Source: Myxococcota bacterium (GTDB lineage: Bacteria > Myxococcota_A > UBA9160 > UBA4427). Taken from it: DNA of 37,003 nt. The notes under the pieces are model-generated. The model saw only the letters and a program-made list of their open reading frames with translations. It did not search any database and had not been told where the DNA came from. Of the stretch, positions 18,398-27,460 are shown piece after piece. The translations under genes and the position numbers were made by a program. The stretch is taken from assembly GCA_036336835.1 (NCBI GenBank), contig JAYZFK010000092.1, forward strand, positions 1-37,003, in the 5' to 3' direction. Numbering within the stretch: position 1 is the first letter of the stretch; the number at the start of each line of letters is the position of its first letter.

Positions 18398-18834
18398 ACC
18401 TCGATCTGCTGGAGATGCTCGGCTCGGGCGCGAACGGGATGATCGACTCCAGCCTGCTGGGTCCGCTCGAGGGCTATCAGGCAGCGAGCGCGGCGGCCTT
18501 CGGGATGACGCTGATGATGCTCGGCGAGCAGCTCGACCGCGCGGTCGAGAACCTCTGCGATGAAAACGCGGCCCTGCGCGAGCTGTTTGGTCGCGCGGCG
18601 CCGAGCGTTGGCGGCACACTCGCCGATCGTCTCGAGCGCGCCGCGGCCGGCCGCGACGAAACGTTGCGCATCAGCGCGCTGAAGACGGTCAACGACGGGC
18701 TGCGCGCGCTACTGATCGATCTCCACGTTCGTGTGGAGGAGGCTGGCGGCGAGCTGGCCGATTTCGAGACAGCCATCTGGAGCGAGCTCGTGCGCTCGAC
18801 CGAGCGCCGTCAGGTCGCAGTCGCCCCCTTCTAG
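18394..18834 (+). CDS. Small helical hypothetical protein coupled to the phosphotransferase (LvaB/DUF6285-like position)
   Basis: ATGA start/stop overlap with the upstream gene; strong GC3 codon bias; helical-looking composition. Confidence 0.7.
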   Translation: MNLDLLEMLGSGANGMIDSSLLGPLEGYQAASAAAFGMTLMMLGEQLDRAVENLCDENAALRELFGRAAPSVGGTLADRLERAAAGRDETLRISALKTVNDGLRALLIDLHVRVEEAGGELADFETAIWSELVRSTERRQVAVAPF

Positions 18835-19024
18835 GGAAGGTCGCGCCGGATGCTAGTCCGCTGCCGGCAACTCGACGATCCGAGATGACCTGTTGTTGCT
18901 GGAAAGCGGAGTGACGCTCCGCACGGTGTGTCGGTGCCTGCTGCGCAAGAGTTGCATCTCGGCTGCGTGTCCAACGCGCAGGCACTGCCTAACAAACGAT
19001 TTATTGCGCAGTGTGACGCGAGAT

Positions 19025-19046
19025 AGTGTGACTAATTACACACACT
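19025..19046. promoter_or_regulatory. CRP/FNR-like palindromic operator
   Basis: TGTGA-CTAATT-ACACA (19027-19042) is one mismatch from TGTGA-N6-TCACA. It lies in an AT-rich patch ~90 bp upstream of the beta-barrel gene. Confidence 0.45.
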
Positions 19047-19127
19047 CAAGCTACTATCTACCGAAGGTTCAAGATAGAGAACCCAGCCAGGGTGGCGGGG
19101 CCCTGCTCTCGGACTGGGAGACTTGGA

Positions 19128-19709
19128 ATGCGACGTGCGCTCGTCGCGACAATCGCGATCGCGATGGCCTCGGCAACCCTGCCGATGAGTGTCGACGCCG
19201 AGACGTTCGTCTCCGGTGGCGCGGGCCTCATCTCACAAGCCGACGACGATCGCGGCCATCGCTATCAATTCATCCAGCTGCTGGGTACGGGCTACTCGGA
19301 TCACGTGCGGCTCGGCGGCGAGCTCGAGCTCAGCAAGTACGAGACGATGCTCGCGGGCTTGCCCGCCATCCAGGTGAAGTCGTACAGCCTGCGCGGCGTT
19401 CTCCAGATCGTCGCGTGGCCCAACCAGCTGTCGCCATACTTTGGGGGCGCCATCGGCATCAACGTGCTGCGGCTCGACGAGGACTCGATCGAGAGCGTGA
19501 TCAGCAGCATGAAGATCGACAACTTCGGCATCTCGATCGGCGGCGTCGGCTTCGTTGGCATCCAGATGCCCATCTCTCGCGAGGTCTCGCTGTTCACCGA
19601 GGCGCGCGCCGGCGCGGTCTTCGACGTGATCGACCGAGCCTCGGTCCAGATGGGCATCGGCGGTCTCGACGGCTTCAGCGGGATGACCGGCCTGCGGATG
19701 CGCTTCTAG
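19128..19709 (+). CDS. Outer-membrane beta-barrel protein (OmpA/OmpW-like 8-stranded)
   Basis: Signal peptide MRRALVATIAIAMASATLPMSVDA, SPYFGGAIG, alternating hydrophobic strands, C-terminal GLRMRF (BAM-type terminal Phe). Confidence 0.8.
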   Translation: MRRALVATIAIAMASATLPMSVDAETFVSGGAGLISQADDDRGHRYQFIQLLGTGYSDHVRLGGELELSKYETMLAGLPAIQVKSYSLRGVLQIVAWPNQLSPYFGGAIGINVLRLDEDSIESVISSMKIDNFGISIGGVGFVGIQMPISREVSLFTEARAGAVFDVIDRASVQMGIGGLDGFSGMTGLRMRF

Positions 19710-19756
19710 GCGGTCAGCCCGCGGCCAGTCCCCGGCCCTCGCGGTACAGGCTTCGA

Positions 19757-19785
19757 TTGACTGACGCCCGCGGGGCGCGTATACC
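19757..19785 (+). promoter_or_regulatory. Sigma70-type promoter for the amidohydrolase-P450-ADH operon
   Basis: TTGACT (19757-19762), 17-nt spacer, TATACC (19780-19785). Confidence 0.6.
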
Positions 19786-19899
19786 CGGGAGGCTCGCCAG
19801 CCCCTGCCCGTTCCTGTCTGACTTCCACTCGGCTCACGGCTGGAAGCCGAGAGTGGGGCCCAGGATCCTCCGTTTGCGGCGGGCGCGAGGAGGCCGACG

Positions 19900-21624
19900 A
19901 TGCTCGATATCTTGATTCGTGGTGGCACCGTGATCGATGGGACCGGCTCGGTCGGCCGCCGCGCCGATGTCGGCATTCGCGGCGACCGCCTCGTCGCGAT
20001 CGGCGAGATCAGCGAGGCCGCGCGAAGCGAGATCGACGCGACCGGCAAGGTCGTATGTCCGGGCTTCGTGGACGTGCACACGCACTACGACGCGCAGGTC
20101 TTCTGGGATGGGACCCTGTCGCCCTCGTCGTTCCACGGGGTGACGACCGTGTTCGGCGGCAACTGCGGCTTCAGCATCGCGCCGCTCTCCCGGGAGGCCG
20201 GTCCCTACTTGATGAGGATGCTCGCCCGCGTCGAGGGCATGCCGCTCGCGAGTCTCGAGGCCGGCGTTCCGTGGGACTGGGAGAGCTTCGGCGAGTACCT
20301 CGACAAGCTCGAGGGCAAGATCGCCGTCAACGCCGGCTTCATGGTCGGGCACTCGGCCGTGCGCCGCGTCGTGATGGGCGAACGTGCCGTCGGCAACGAG
20401 GCGACGTCCGAAGAGCTCGAGGCGATGAAGCAGCTGCTCGCCCGCTCGCTCGAAGAAGGCGGGATGGGCTTCTCGACGACCATCTCGCCGACCCACAACG
20501 ACGGCGAGGGCCTGCCGGTCCCGTCGCGCCACGCGAGCCGCGAGGAGCTGGTGGACCTTGCCGGGGTGTGCCGCGACCATCCCGGGACCACGGTCGAGTT
20601 CCTGCCCGGCGTCGGTCCGCACAGCGACGAGGGGCGCGACCTGATGGTCGATGTCTCGCTCGCGGCGAACCGCCCGGTGAACTGGAACGTGATGGCGGTG
20701 AGCGCGGGCAACGAGGAGGTGCAGAGTCAGCAGCTCGCGACGACCGACTACGCGCGGGAGCGCGGCGCCGAGATCCTGGCGCTCACCGTCCCGCAGACGA
20801 TGACCGTGCGCCTCAACCTCCATTCGGGCTTCGTGTTCGACGCGCTGGCGGACTGGGATCAGTTCTTCCGGCTGTCGGTCGAGGAGCGGATCGAGAAGCT
20901 GCGCGATCCCGAGTACCGAAGCTGGCTCGACGAACGCGCGCGCTCGCCCGAATCCGGCTTTCTCCGCTCGATGTCTCGCTGGGAGGCGATGAAGGTCGAC
21001 CAGGTCGACTGCGATGCGAACCAACGTTACGTCGGCCGCACGATCGGCGAGATCGCGGACGAAGAGGGGAAGCAGCCCTTCGACGCGTTCTGCGACATCG
21101 CGATCGCAGACGGACTCAAGACCTCGTTCATGCCGCAGGGCGTCGGCGGCGACGACGAGGAGAGCTGGCGCCTGCGCGGCGAAGCCTGGCGGGACGACCG
21201 CACTGTGATCGGCGCGTCGGATGCCGGTGCCCACCTCGACATGATCGACACGTTCGCGCAGACGACACAGGTGCTCGGCAACGGCGTGCGCAAGCACGGC
21301 GTGATCGAGCTCGAGGAGGCGATTCGCCAGCTGACCCAGGTTCCGGCGTCGCTCTACGGCCTGAAGCAGCGCGGTGAGCTGCGCGAGGGCTGGTACGCCG
21401 ATGTGGTCGTGTTCGACGCGAACACTGTCGAGACCGGGCCGACCTATGCGCGCGAGGATTTGCCAACCGGCGCCGCGCGGCTCTACGCGGACGCCGAGGG
21501 CATCGAGCACGTGTTCGTCAACGGCGTCGAGATCGTCCGCGGGCGCGAGCATACCGGCGCCTTTCCCGGCACCGTGCTGCGCTCGGGGCGTGACACAGCC
21601 ACGGTGGAGGTCGGCGCTCGCTGA
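19900..21624 (+). CDS. N-acyl-D-amino-acid deacylase-like amidohydrolase
   Basis: DILIRGGTVIDGTG, PGFVDVHTHYDAQ, GVTTVFGGNCG, SDAGAH, ADVVVFD, FVNGV. GAGGAGG RBS. Confidence 0.92.
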   Translation: MLDILIRGGTVIDGTGSVGRRADVGIRGDRLVAIGEISEAARSEIDATGKVVCPGFVDVHTHYDAQVFWDGTLSPSSFHGVTTVFGGNCGFSIAPLSREAGPYLMRMLARVEGMPLASLEAGVPWDWESFGEYLDKLEGKIAVNAGFMVGHSAVRRVVMGERAVGNEATSEELEAMKQLLARSLEEGGMGFSTTISPTHNDGEGLPVPSRHASREELVDLAGVCRDHPGTTVEFLPGVGPHSDEGRDLMVDVSLAANRPVNWNVMAVSAGNEEVQSQQLATTDYARERGAEILALTVPQTMTVRLNLHSGFVFDALADWDQFFRLSVEERIEKLRDPEYRSWLDERARSPESGFLRSMSRWEAMKVDQVDCDANQRYVGRTIGEIADEEGKQPFDAFCDIAIADGLKTSFMPQGVGGDDEESWRLRGEAWRDDRTVIGASDAGAHLDMIDTFAQTTQVLGNGVRKHGVIELEEAIRQLTQVPASLYGLKQRGELREGWYADVVVFDANTVETGPTYAREDLPTGAARLYADAEGIEHVFVNGVEIVRGREHTGAFPGTVLRSGRDTATVEVGAR

Positions 21625-22835
21625 TGCCGAACCACCCGACGAAGGACTCGATCCGTCTGATGGACGGCCGCTGGTACCAGGACGAGCCCTTCGAAGACTA
21701 CGCCTGGATGCGTGAGAACGCGCCGCTCTACTTCGACGAGGTGGGCGGCGTGTGGGGCGTGTCGCGGCACGCCGACATCATGCACCTGTCGAAGACCCCG
21801 AGCCTGTTCTGCTCCGGCAAGAGCTCGCGGCCGGATCCGAACTCGTGGATCCCGTCGATGATCAACTTCGACGATCCGCAACACAAGCGCCGGCGCAACC
21901 TGGTGAACCGGGGATTCACGCCGCGGCGCGTGAGCGACCACGCCGGGAGCATCCGCAAGATCTGCACGGAGCTGATCGACACCGTGTGCGAGAAGGGCTC
22001 GTGCGAGTTCGTGCGCGAGATCGCTGCGCCGCTGCCGATGGCGATCATTGGAGACATGCTGGGCGTGGCAGCCGAGGATCGGGATCGGCTGCTCCAATGG
22101 TCCGACGACATGGTGACCGCCAGCGGCAACGAAGATCCGGTGGCTGCGCAGCGGGCCATGCAGTCCGGCCTCGAATGGCGGGAGTACGCAGCGGAGGTCG
22201 TGCGCGATCGCCGCAACCGGCCGATGCGCGATGATCTGATCAGCATTTTGTGCCACTCCGAAATCGACGGCGAGCGCCTAGACGACGAGGAGATCATCCA
22301 GGAGAGTCTGCTGATCCTGGTCGGCGGCGACGAGACGACGCGCCACGTGATCGTGCAGGGGATGGAGGCGCTGGTCCGCCACCCCGCCCAGCGGCGGCTG
22401 CTGATCGACGATCCGTCGAAGATCACGCTCGCGGTCGAGGAGATGCTGCGCTGGGTGTCGCCGATCAAGAACATGAACCGGACGGCGACGCAGGACACCG
22501 AGTTCGCGGGAGAGAAGATCTCCGAGGGCGACCGGCTCCTGCTGCTCTACCAGTCGGGCAACTTCGACTCCGCGGTGTTCGACGCGCCCGACGAGTTTCG
22601 TGTCGAGCGGGATCCGAACAACCACGTCGCCTTCGGCGGCTACGGCACCCACTTCTGCCTGGGCGCGAGCCTCGCGCGGCTGGAGCTCGAGATCATGTTC
22701 CAGGAGCTGCTCGCGCGGCTGCCCGATCTGGCGATCGAGCCGGACGCCGAGCTGCCGAGGCGCTGCAACAACTTCATCGTCGGCATCGAGCACATGCCGG
22801 TCACGTTCACGCCGTCTCCGAAGGTGGCGGCCTGA
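21624..22835 (+). CDS. Cytochrome P450, CYP142/CYP125-like
   Basis: I-helix LLILVGGDETTRH, EEMLRW (ExxR), heme motif FGGYGTHFCLG. 1-nt overlap with the upstream gene. Confidence 0.93.
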   Translation: MPNHPTKDSIRLMDGRWYQDEPFEDYAWMRENAPLYFDEVGGVWGVSRHADIMHLSKTPSLFCSGKSSRPDPNSWIPSMINFDDPQHKRRRNLVNRGFTPRRVSDHAGSIRKICTELIDTVCEKGSCEFVREIAAPLPMAIIGDMLGVAAEDRDRLLQWSDDMVTASGNEDPVAAQRAMQSGLEWREYAAEVVRDRRNRPMRDDLISILCHSEIDGERLDDEEIIQESLLILVGGDETTRHVIVQGMEALVRHPAQRRLLIDDPSKITLAVEEMLRWVSPIKNMNRTATQDTEFAGEKISEGDRLLLLYQSGNFDSAVFDAPDEFRVERDPNNHVAFGGYGTHFCLGASLARLELEIMFQELLARLPDLAIEPDAELPRRCNNFIVGIEHMPVTFTPSPKVAA

Positions 22836-22899
22836 GAGCTTTGGACCACCGGGGCCACGTTGCGCCCCACAACCCCGCACCGCAGAGAGGGACCCACCC

Positions 22900-23973
22900 A
22901 TGAAGGCTGCCATTCTCCCCGCACTGAACGAGGACCTGATCATCCGCGACGACGTGTCGCTGGCCGACCTCCAGCGTGGCGAAGTCCAGATCAAGATCGT
23001 CTCGAGCGGTGTCTGTCACTCGGATGTCTCGGTCCAGAACGGCACGATCCCGCAACCCCCGCCGTGCGTGCTGGGCCACGAGGGGGCGGGCAGGGTGCTC
23101 GAGGTGGGGCCAGGCGTCGAGGATCTGAATGCGGGCGACCCCGTCATCGTCTCCTTCACGCCCGCCTGCCGGCTGTGCCGGGCCTGCTTGCGCAACCAGT
23201 CCTACCTGTGCGAGGCGATGGGAGCGATGATGACGCCGAAGTTCATCATGGACGGCGGTCCGCTCAACGGGATGGCCGGCTGCGGAACCTTCGCCGAGGA
23301 GATGATCCTGCCCGAGTCGGCGCTGGTGAAGGTCGATGACGACATCCCGCTCGACGTGGTGTCGCTGATCGGCTGCGGCGTCACGACGGGGGTCGGCGCC
23401 GCGATCAACTCGGCCGGCGTGACTCCGGGCTCGTCGGTGGTCGTGTTCGGCGCTGGCGGGGTCGGCATCTCGGCGATCCAGGGCGCGCGCATCGCGGGAG
23501 CCGCCGAGATCCTGGCCGTCGACCTGGTCGACTCGAAGCTCGAGCAGGCCAAGAAGTTCGGCGCCACCCACGTGTGCAAGCCCGACGATGTCGAGGGCCT
23601 CAAGACCGAGATCACCGGCGGTGAGGGCTTCGACTTCGCGCTCGAGTGCATCGGAAATCCGGTGACGATCCGCGCGACCTACGACGCCGCCCGCCGCGGC
23701 GGCGTGGCCTGCATCGTCGGCGTCGGCCGCATGGACCAGATGGTCCAGTTCAGCGCCTTCGAGTTCTTCTTCGCTGACAAGACCCTGCGCGGCTCGATGT
23801 ACGGCAGCGCCAATGTGCGCACCTTCATGCCGAAGCTGCTCCGGCTGTGGAAGACGGGCAAGCTCGACCTCGAGAGCATGATCACGCGGCGAATCCAGCT
23901 CGAGGACGTCAACGACGCCTTTCGAGCCATGCAGGCGGGCGAGGTGATTCGGTCGGTGATCGACTTCAAGTAG
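22900..23973 (+). CDS. Zn-dependent alcohol dehydrogenase (MDR, class III-like)
   Basis: GVCHSD, GHEGAG, CRLCRAC...C structural Zn site, GCGVTTGVGA, GAGGVG. Confidence 0.93.
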   Translation: MKAAILPALNEDLIIRDDVSLADLQRGEVQIKIVSSGVCHSDVSVQNGTIPQPPPCVLGHEGAGRVLEVGPGVEDLNAGDPVIVSFTPACRLCRACLRNQSYLCEAMGAMMTPKFIMDGGPLNGMAGCGTFAEEMILPESALVKVDDDIPLDVVSLIGCGVTTGVGAAINSAGVTPGSSVVVFGAGGVGISAIQGARIAGAAEILAVDLVDSKLEQAKKFGATHVCKPDDVEGLKTEITGGEGFDFALECIGNPVTIRATYDAARRGGVACIVGVGRMDQMVQFSAFEFFFADKTLRGSMYGSANVRTFMPKLLRLWKTGKLDLESMITRRIQLEDVNDAFRAMQAGEVIRSVIDFK

Positions 23974-24031
23974 GGCAGCCCCCCTGCTGGAACGACCGCG
24001 GGGCAGCGCGACCCTCGAGGGGGTGCTTGCG

Positions 24032-26317
24032 CTAGGTCGCTCGGGCTGTGCCTTTCGTGGCGGGCAGAGAGCCCCCGCTGCGCTGCCACAGCGCGATCAG
24101 CGCGGCCAGGCCGAGTGCGCTCCCTGCCGAGAGAGCGGCGCCGATGCGCAGGCTGCGCGGTCGGAAGTCGAAGCGCACGACCGATTCTCCGGCCTCGATC
24201 CGAACGGTGCGAAACAGCGAGTTCGCTCGCAGCACAGGCACCTCGCGGCCGTCGATGCGCGCTTCCCATCCGGGATACCAGGCGTCCGCCAGGACCAGCC
24301 AAGCGCTGCGATCCGATGCGATGCGCAGCTCGATGTGCTCGGGTTCGTCGCGGTCGAACTCGACGCGCGCCGTCGGGAGAGCGGCGGTCGCCGGGTCCGG
24401 GGGGGTGCGCGTGTCGAGTCCTTCGACCACGACCTCGGCGCGCGCGTCGAAATCGGGGGACGCGAGTGTGCGGAGCGCCTCGCTCTCGTCCGCGACTGCA
24501 TGGGCTCGGGAAACGACCCAGGCGCGCGGCAATGCCGATGGACGCTCGAACACGATGAACCCCGGCTCCGTTCGCCAGACGGACATATCCCCCCTGGCAG
24601 CGGCCCGCTGGAAGAAGGCGTCCTCCTTCGGATTACGCGACACGATGTACAGCCGGGTGGCCGTCCAGTCGAGCCAGTCGAGCCGAGCCCCGGCGGTGAG
24701 TCGGTGGAATCCCGAATACGTGTGGACCGTGTGCGAGGCCTGACGGCGGGTTTTGCGCGAGCTCTTTCCCGAGGCCGCGCCGAAGTAGTGGTCGTAGCGC
24801 GCTGACGCGAGCGGTTCGTAGTCTTCCGAGACGCGCACGCCCCGCAGCATGCCCTGCTTGAACGTGAGGTCGGGGCGCGTCATCAGAGCGGGCGATACGT
24901 AGACCCGCTGGTTGCCGACGTGCTCGGCGACATCGCGCCAAAAGTCGGCGCGCCGATCGGCCAGATCTGGGCGGTGGATCGGTCGCAGCGTGAGCGGCAA
25001 CGGGTTTGCGAGCAGCAATCCGAGATCGAACAGCGCAAGGCTTGCGACCAGTGCGATACGGACACCGCGAATCGGTACCAACGCGAACGCGGCGAGGGCG
25101 GCTGCCGAAACGAGGAGCGGGAGTGTCGTTCCTCCGGATAGTCCCAGCACGACCGCGGCTCCGGCCAGCGCGACGCCCGCGAGCGCGACGCGTCCGATCC
25201 CTCCGGACCACGTTTCGAGCCGCGTAACGGCGAATCCCGCGAGCAGGGCGCCACCGAACGCGTAGAGCAGCAGCCACTTGTGCGTGAAGCGGAAGAGCGC
25301 GCCGATCGGCGTCTGGAAGTGCAGCTCGTAGAGGAGTCCGCCGAGCGCCATGGTGACGCCCAGGACCGAGACCGCGACCGCGTAGACCCAGCCGGACCGT
25401 GCGCCGCGGGGACCGGGGCCGATCAGCAGGCCCACCACGGCGAGCAGCCCGAGCGCGGGCCGGTTCTCGACGGCGAGGATCTCTCCGAGGATCTGCCGCA
25501 AGGAGTAGTAGGGGAAGCGCGCAAGCGCGAGATCGACGTTGCCTGCGCGGCGAGCACTGAGTCCGGCAAGCTCGAAGCTCGGAACGAGCTGGATGGCGGC
25601 AAGCCCGATCCCCGCTGCAGCGGCGAGGACGGCGGCAGCGACGCGCAGCGACACGATACGGAGCCCCGTTTCGGGGCGGAGCGCGAAGGCGCGAACCGCG
25701 CCGTACAGGATCGCCCCATAGCTGTTGTAGACGGAGAACTCAGTCGCTCCGAGCAGCGCCTGGGATGCCATGGCGGCGGCGATGCCGAGCGGGCCCCAGC
25801 GACCGCCTCGAAGTGTCCGTTCGATCGCGAGCGCCGTCGCGGGCAGCCACGTCAGGGCCCGGTGCAAAGTCAGCGAGCCGCTCATCGCCATCCAGACGCC
25901 GGAGCCGATGAGCACGCACGCCGCGAGAGTCGCACCGGAAGTGCGCATTGCGAGTTGGCGTCCGAGCGCGTATGTGCAGAGGCCTCCGAAAACGAGATGG
26001 AGCACAGTGGTTGCTTCGATGGCCCGGGGTACGTCGAGTACCCAGTAGAAGATGTTCCCCGGGTAGAGCAGGGCCGTATGCGGAACCGCGAAGAACGGCA
26101 TGCCGGCGAGCTGGTACGGGTTCCACAGCGGCCAGTGGCCGGCTCGCACGGCGGCGAAGCCGTAGCGGGCCATCGGCAGGTGGTCGATGTGCTGGTCGGC
26201 GTTGCCCAGCCCGAGCCCTGCTACGGCTGGTTCGGGCATGAGGCGCAGCCACCAGAGCAACGAGCCATAGAGGGCGATGGCCAGGAACGCGAGGCCGCGT
26301 CTGTGAGTGGAATTCAT
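24032..26317 (-). CDS. YfhO-family polytopic membrane protein (GT-C glycosyltransferase-like)
   Basis: GHWPLWNPYQLAGMPF, many TM segments, LPRAWVV, WLVLADAWYPGWEARIDG, RANSLFRTV, terminal TM helix. ATG 26317. Confidence 0.88.
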   Translation of the reverse strand: MNSTHRRGLAFLAIALYGSLLWWLRLMPEPAVAGLGLGNADQHIDHLPMARYGFAAVRAGHWPLWNPYQLAGMPFFAVPHTALLYPGNIFYWVLDVPRAIEATTVLHLVFGGLCTYALGRQLAMRTSGATLAACVLIGSGVWMAMSGSLTLHRALTWLPATALAIERTLRGGRWGPLGIAAAMASQALLGATEFSVYNSYGAILYGAVRAFALRPETGLRIVSLRVAAAVLAAAAGIGLAAIQLVPSFELAGLSARRAGNVDLALARFPYYSLRQILGEILAVENRPALGLLAVVGLLIGPGPRGARSGWVYAVAVSVLGVTMALGGLLYELHFQTPIGALFRFTHKWLLLYAFGGALLAGFAVTRLETWSGGIGRVALAGVALAGAAVVLGLSGGTTLPLLVSAAALAAFALVPIRGVRIALVASLALFDLGLLLANPLPLTLRPIHRPDLADRRADFWRDVAEHVGNQRVYVSPALMTRPDLTFKQGMLRGVRVSEDYEPLASARYDHYFGAASGKSSRKTRRQASHTVHTYSGFHRLTAGARLDWLDWTATRLYIVSRNPKEDAFFQRAAARGDMSVWRTEPGFIVFERPSALPRAWVVSRAHAVADESEALRTLASPDFDARAEVVVEGLDTRTPPDPATAALPTARVEFDRDEPEHIELRIASDRSAWLVLADAWYPGWEARIDGREVPVLRANSLFRTVRIEAGESVVRFDFRPRSLRIGAALSAGSALGLAALIALWQRSGGSLPATKGTARAT

Positions 26318-26570
26318 CGATGCGCGAGGATCGCCCGCACCGCGTCGATCAAGGGTTCGGTGCATTCCTGCAGGGAGCGGGACTCATTTCCGCCGAGGTT
26401 GGGCATCGCGAGCGGGATCATCGGCCGGTTTCCTGCGTGTTCGAGACGAGAGGCATGCGCGAAGGCCGCTTCGAGAGTACTCCATCTCAGGACTCGGCTA
26501 TCGGCGTTTTCCCGCGCATCCGCGGCGACGGGTTCCGTTTGCTCGACTTGCCGAGTACGATAAGCGGGCC

Positions 26571-27290
26571 ATGAAAGCCGTCATTCTCGCTGGAGGCTTG
26601 GGAGAACGTCTCCGTCCGCTCACGCAGGCAATTCCGAAGCCCTTGCTGCCGATCGGCGAACAGAGCCTGCTCGAGATCCAGATCATCAACCTGTCGAAGC
26701 ATGGCATCCGAGAGGTGCTGATCGCGACCAACTACAAGTCGCACTACATCGAGAATTTCATCGGCGACGGTTCCGATCTCGGCGCTTCCATCTACTACAG
26801 CCAGGAGGAAAAGCCTCTTGGCACGTGCGGGCCGCTCAGCCTGCTGCGCCGTCAGCTCGATGCGCCCTTCGTGATGATGAACGGCGACATCCTCACGAAC
26901 CTGGATTTTGGACGCTTCTGCGAGACCGCATCTGCGGATCCCGCCGAGCTGACGGTCGTGACCAAGCGCATCCACACCCCGTTCAATTTCGGCAGCGTCG
27001 CGTCCGAGGGATCGCGAATCATCGGTCTCGAGGAGAAGCCGGAGCTGTTGAGCGAGATCGTCGCCGGGATCTACTTCATCCGGCCCGAGCTGCTGCGGCA
27101 TGTGCCGGACGACACCTACTTCGGGATCGACAAGCTGATCCAGCAGATGCTCGCGGAAGGAGAGCCCGTCGGGCGCTACCTGATGAACGAGTACTGGCTC
27201 GACATCGGCGCGATCGACGACTACGACGAAGCGGAGACCGCCTACCGCGAGCACTTCCAGGAATCCCAGGAATCTGATTCGGGCGACTAG
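26571..27290 (+). CDS. Sugar-phosphate nucleotidyltransferase (mannose-1-P guanylyltransferase-like)
   Basis: MKAVILAGGLGERLRPLT..IPKPLLPIG, EEKPLGTCG, NGDILT, EEKP, WLDIG. Confidence 0.92.
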   Translation: MKAVILAGGLGERLRPLTQAIPKPLLPIGEQSLLEIQIINLSKHGIREVLIATNYKSHYIENFIGDGSDLGASIYYSQEEKPLGTCGPLSLLRRQLDAPFVMMNGDILTNLDFGRFCETASADPAELTVVTKRIHTPFNFGSVASEGSRIIGLEEKPELLSEIVAGIYFIRPELLRHVPDDTYFGIDKLIQQMLAEGEPVGRYLMNEYWLDIGAIDDYDEAETAYREHFQESQESDSGD

Positions 27291-27460
27291 CCGTGTCCAC
27301 CGCGGTGCCGGACTTCCGGGTCGACGTGGCCGACGGAGGCGCATCGGGCGCATCGGGACTGTCTGCTTTCGCGTCGTGCTGCTCCTGCTCTCGGGCTCGA
27401 ACTTCCGGTTGCACTCGATCGACTACCGGCTGGTGGCGCGCGAGGTGCTCGACCCGTGGC

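Noticed and set aside
18893..19915. 340-aa plus-strand ORF across the AT-rich region
   Set aside because: Off-frame to the beta-barrel gene, with atypical composition in its 5' part.
23974..24031. GC-rich hairpin between the convergent ADH and YfhO genes as an intrinsic terminator
   Set aside because: Imperfect stem with no U-tract on either strand.
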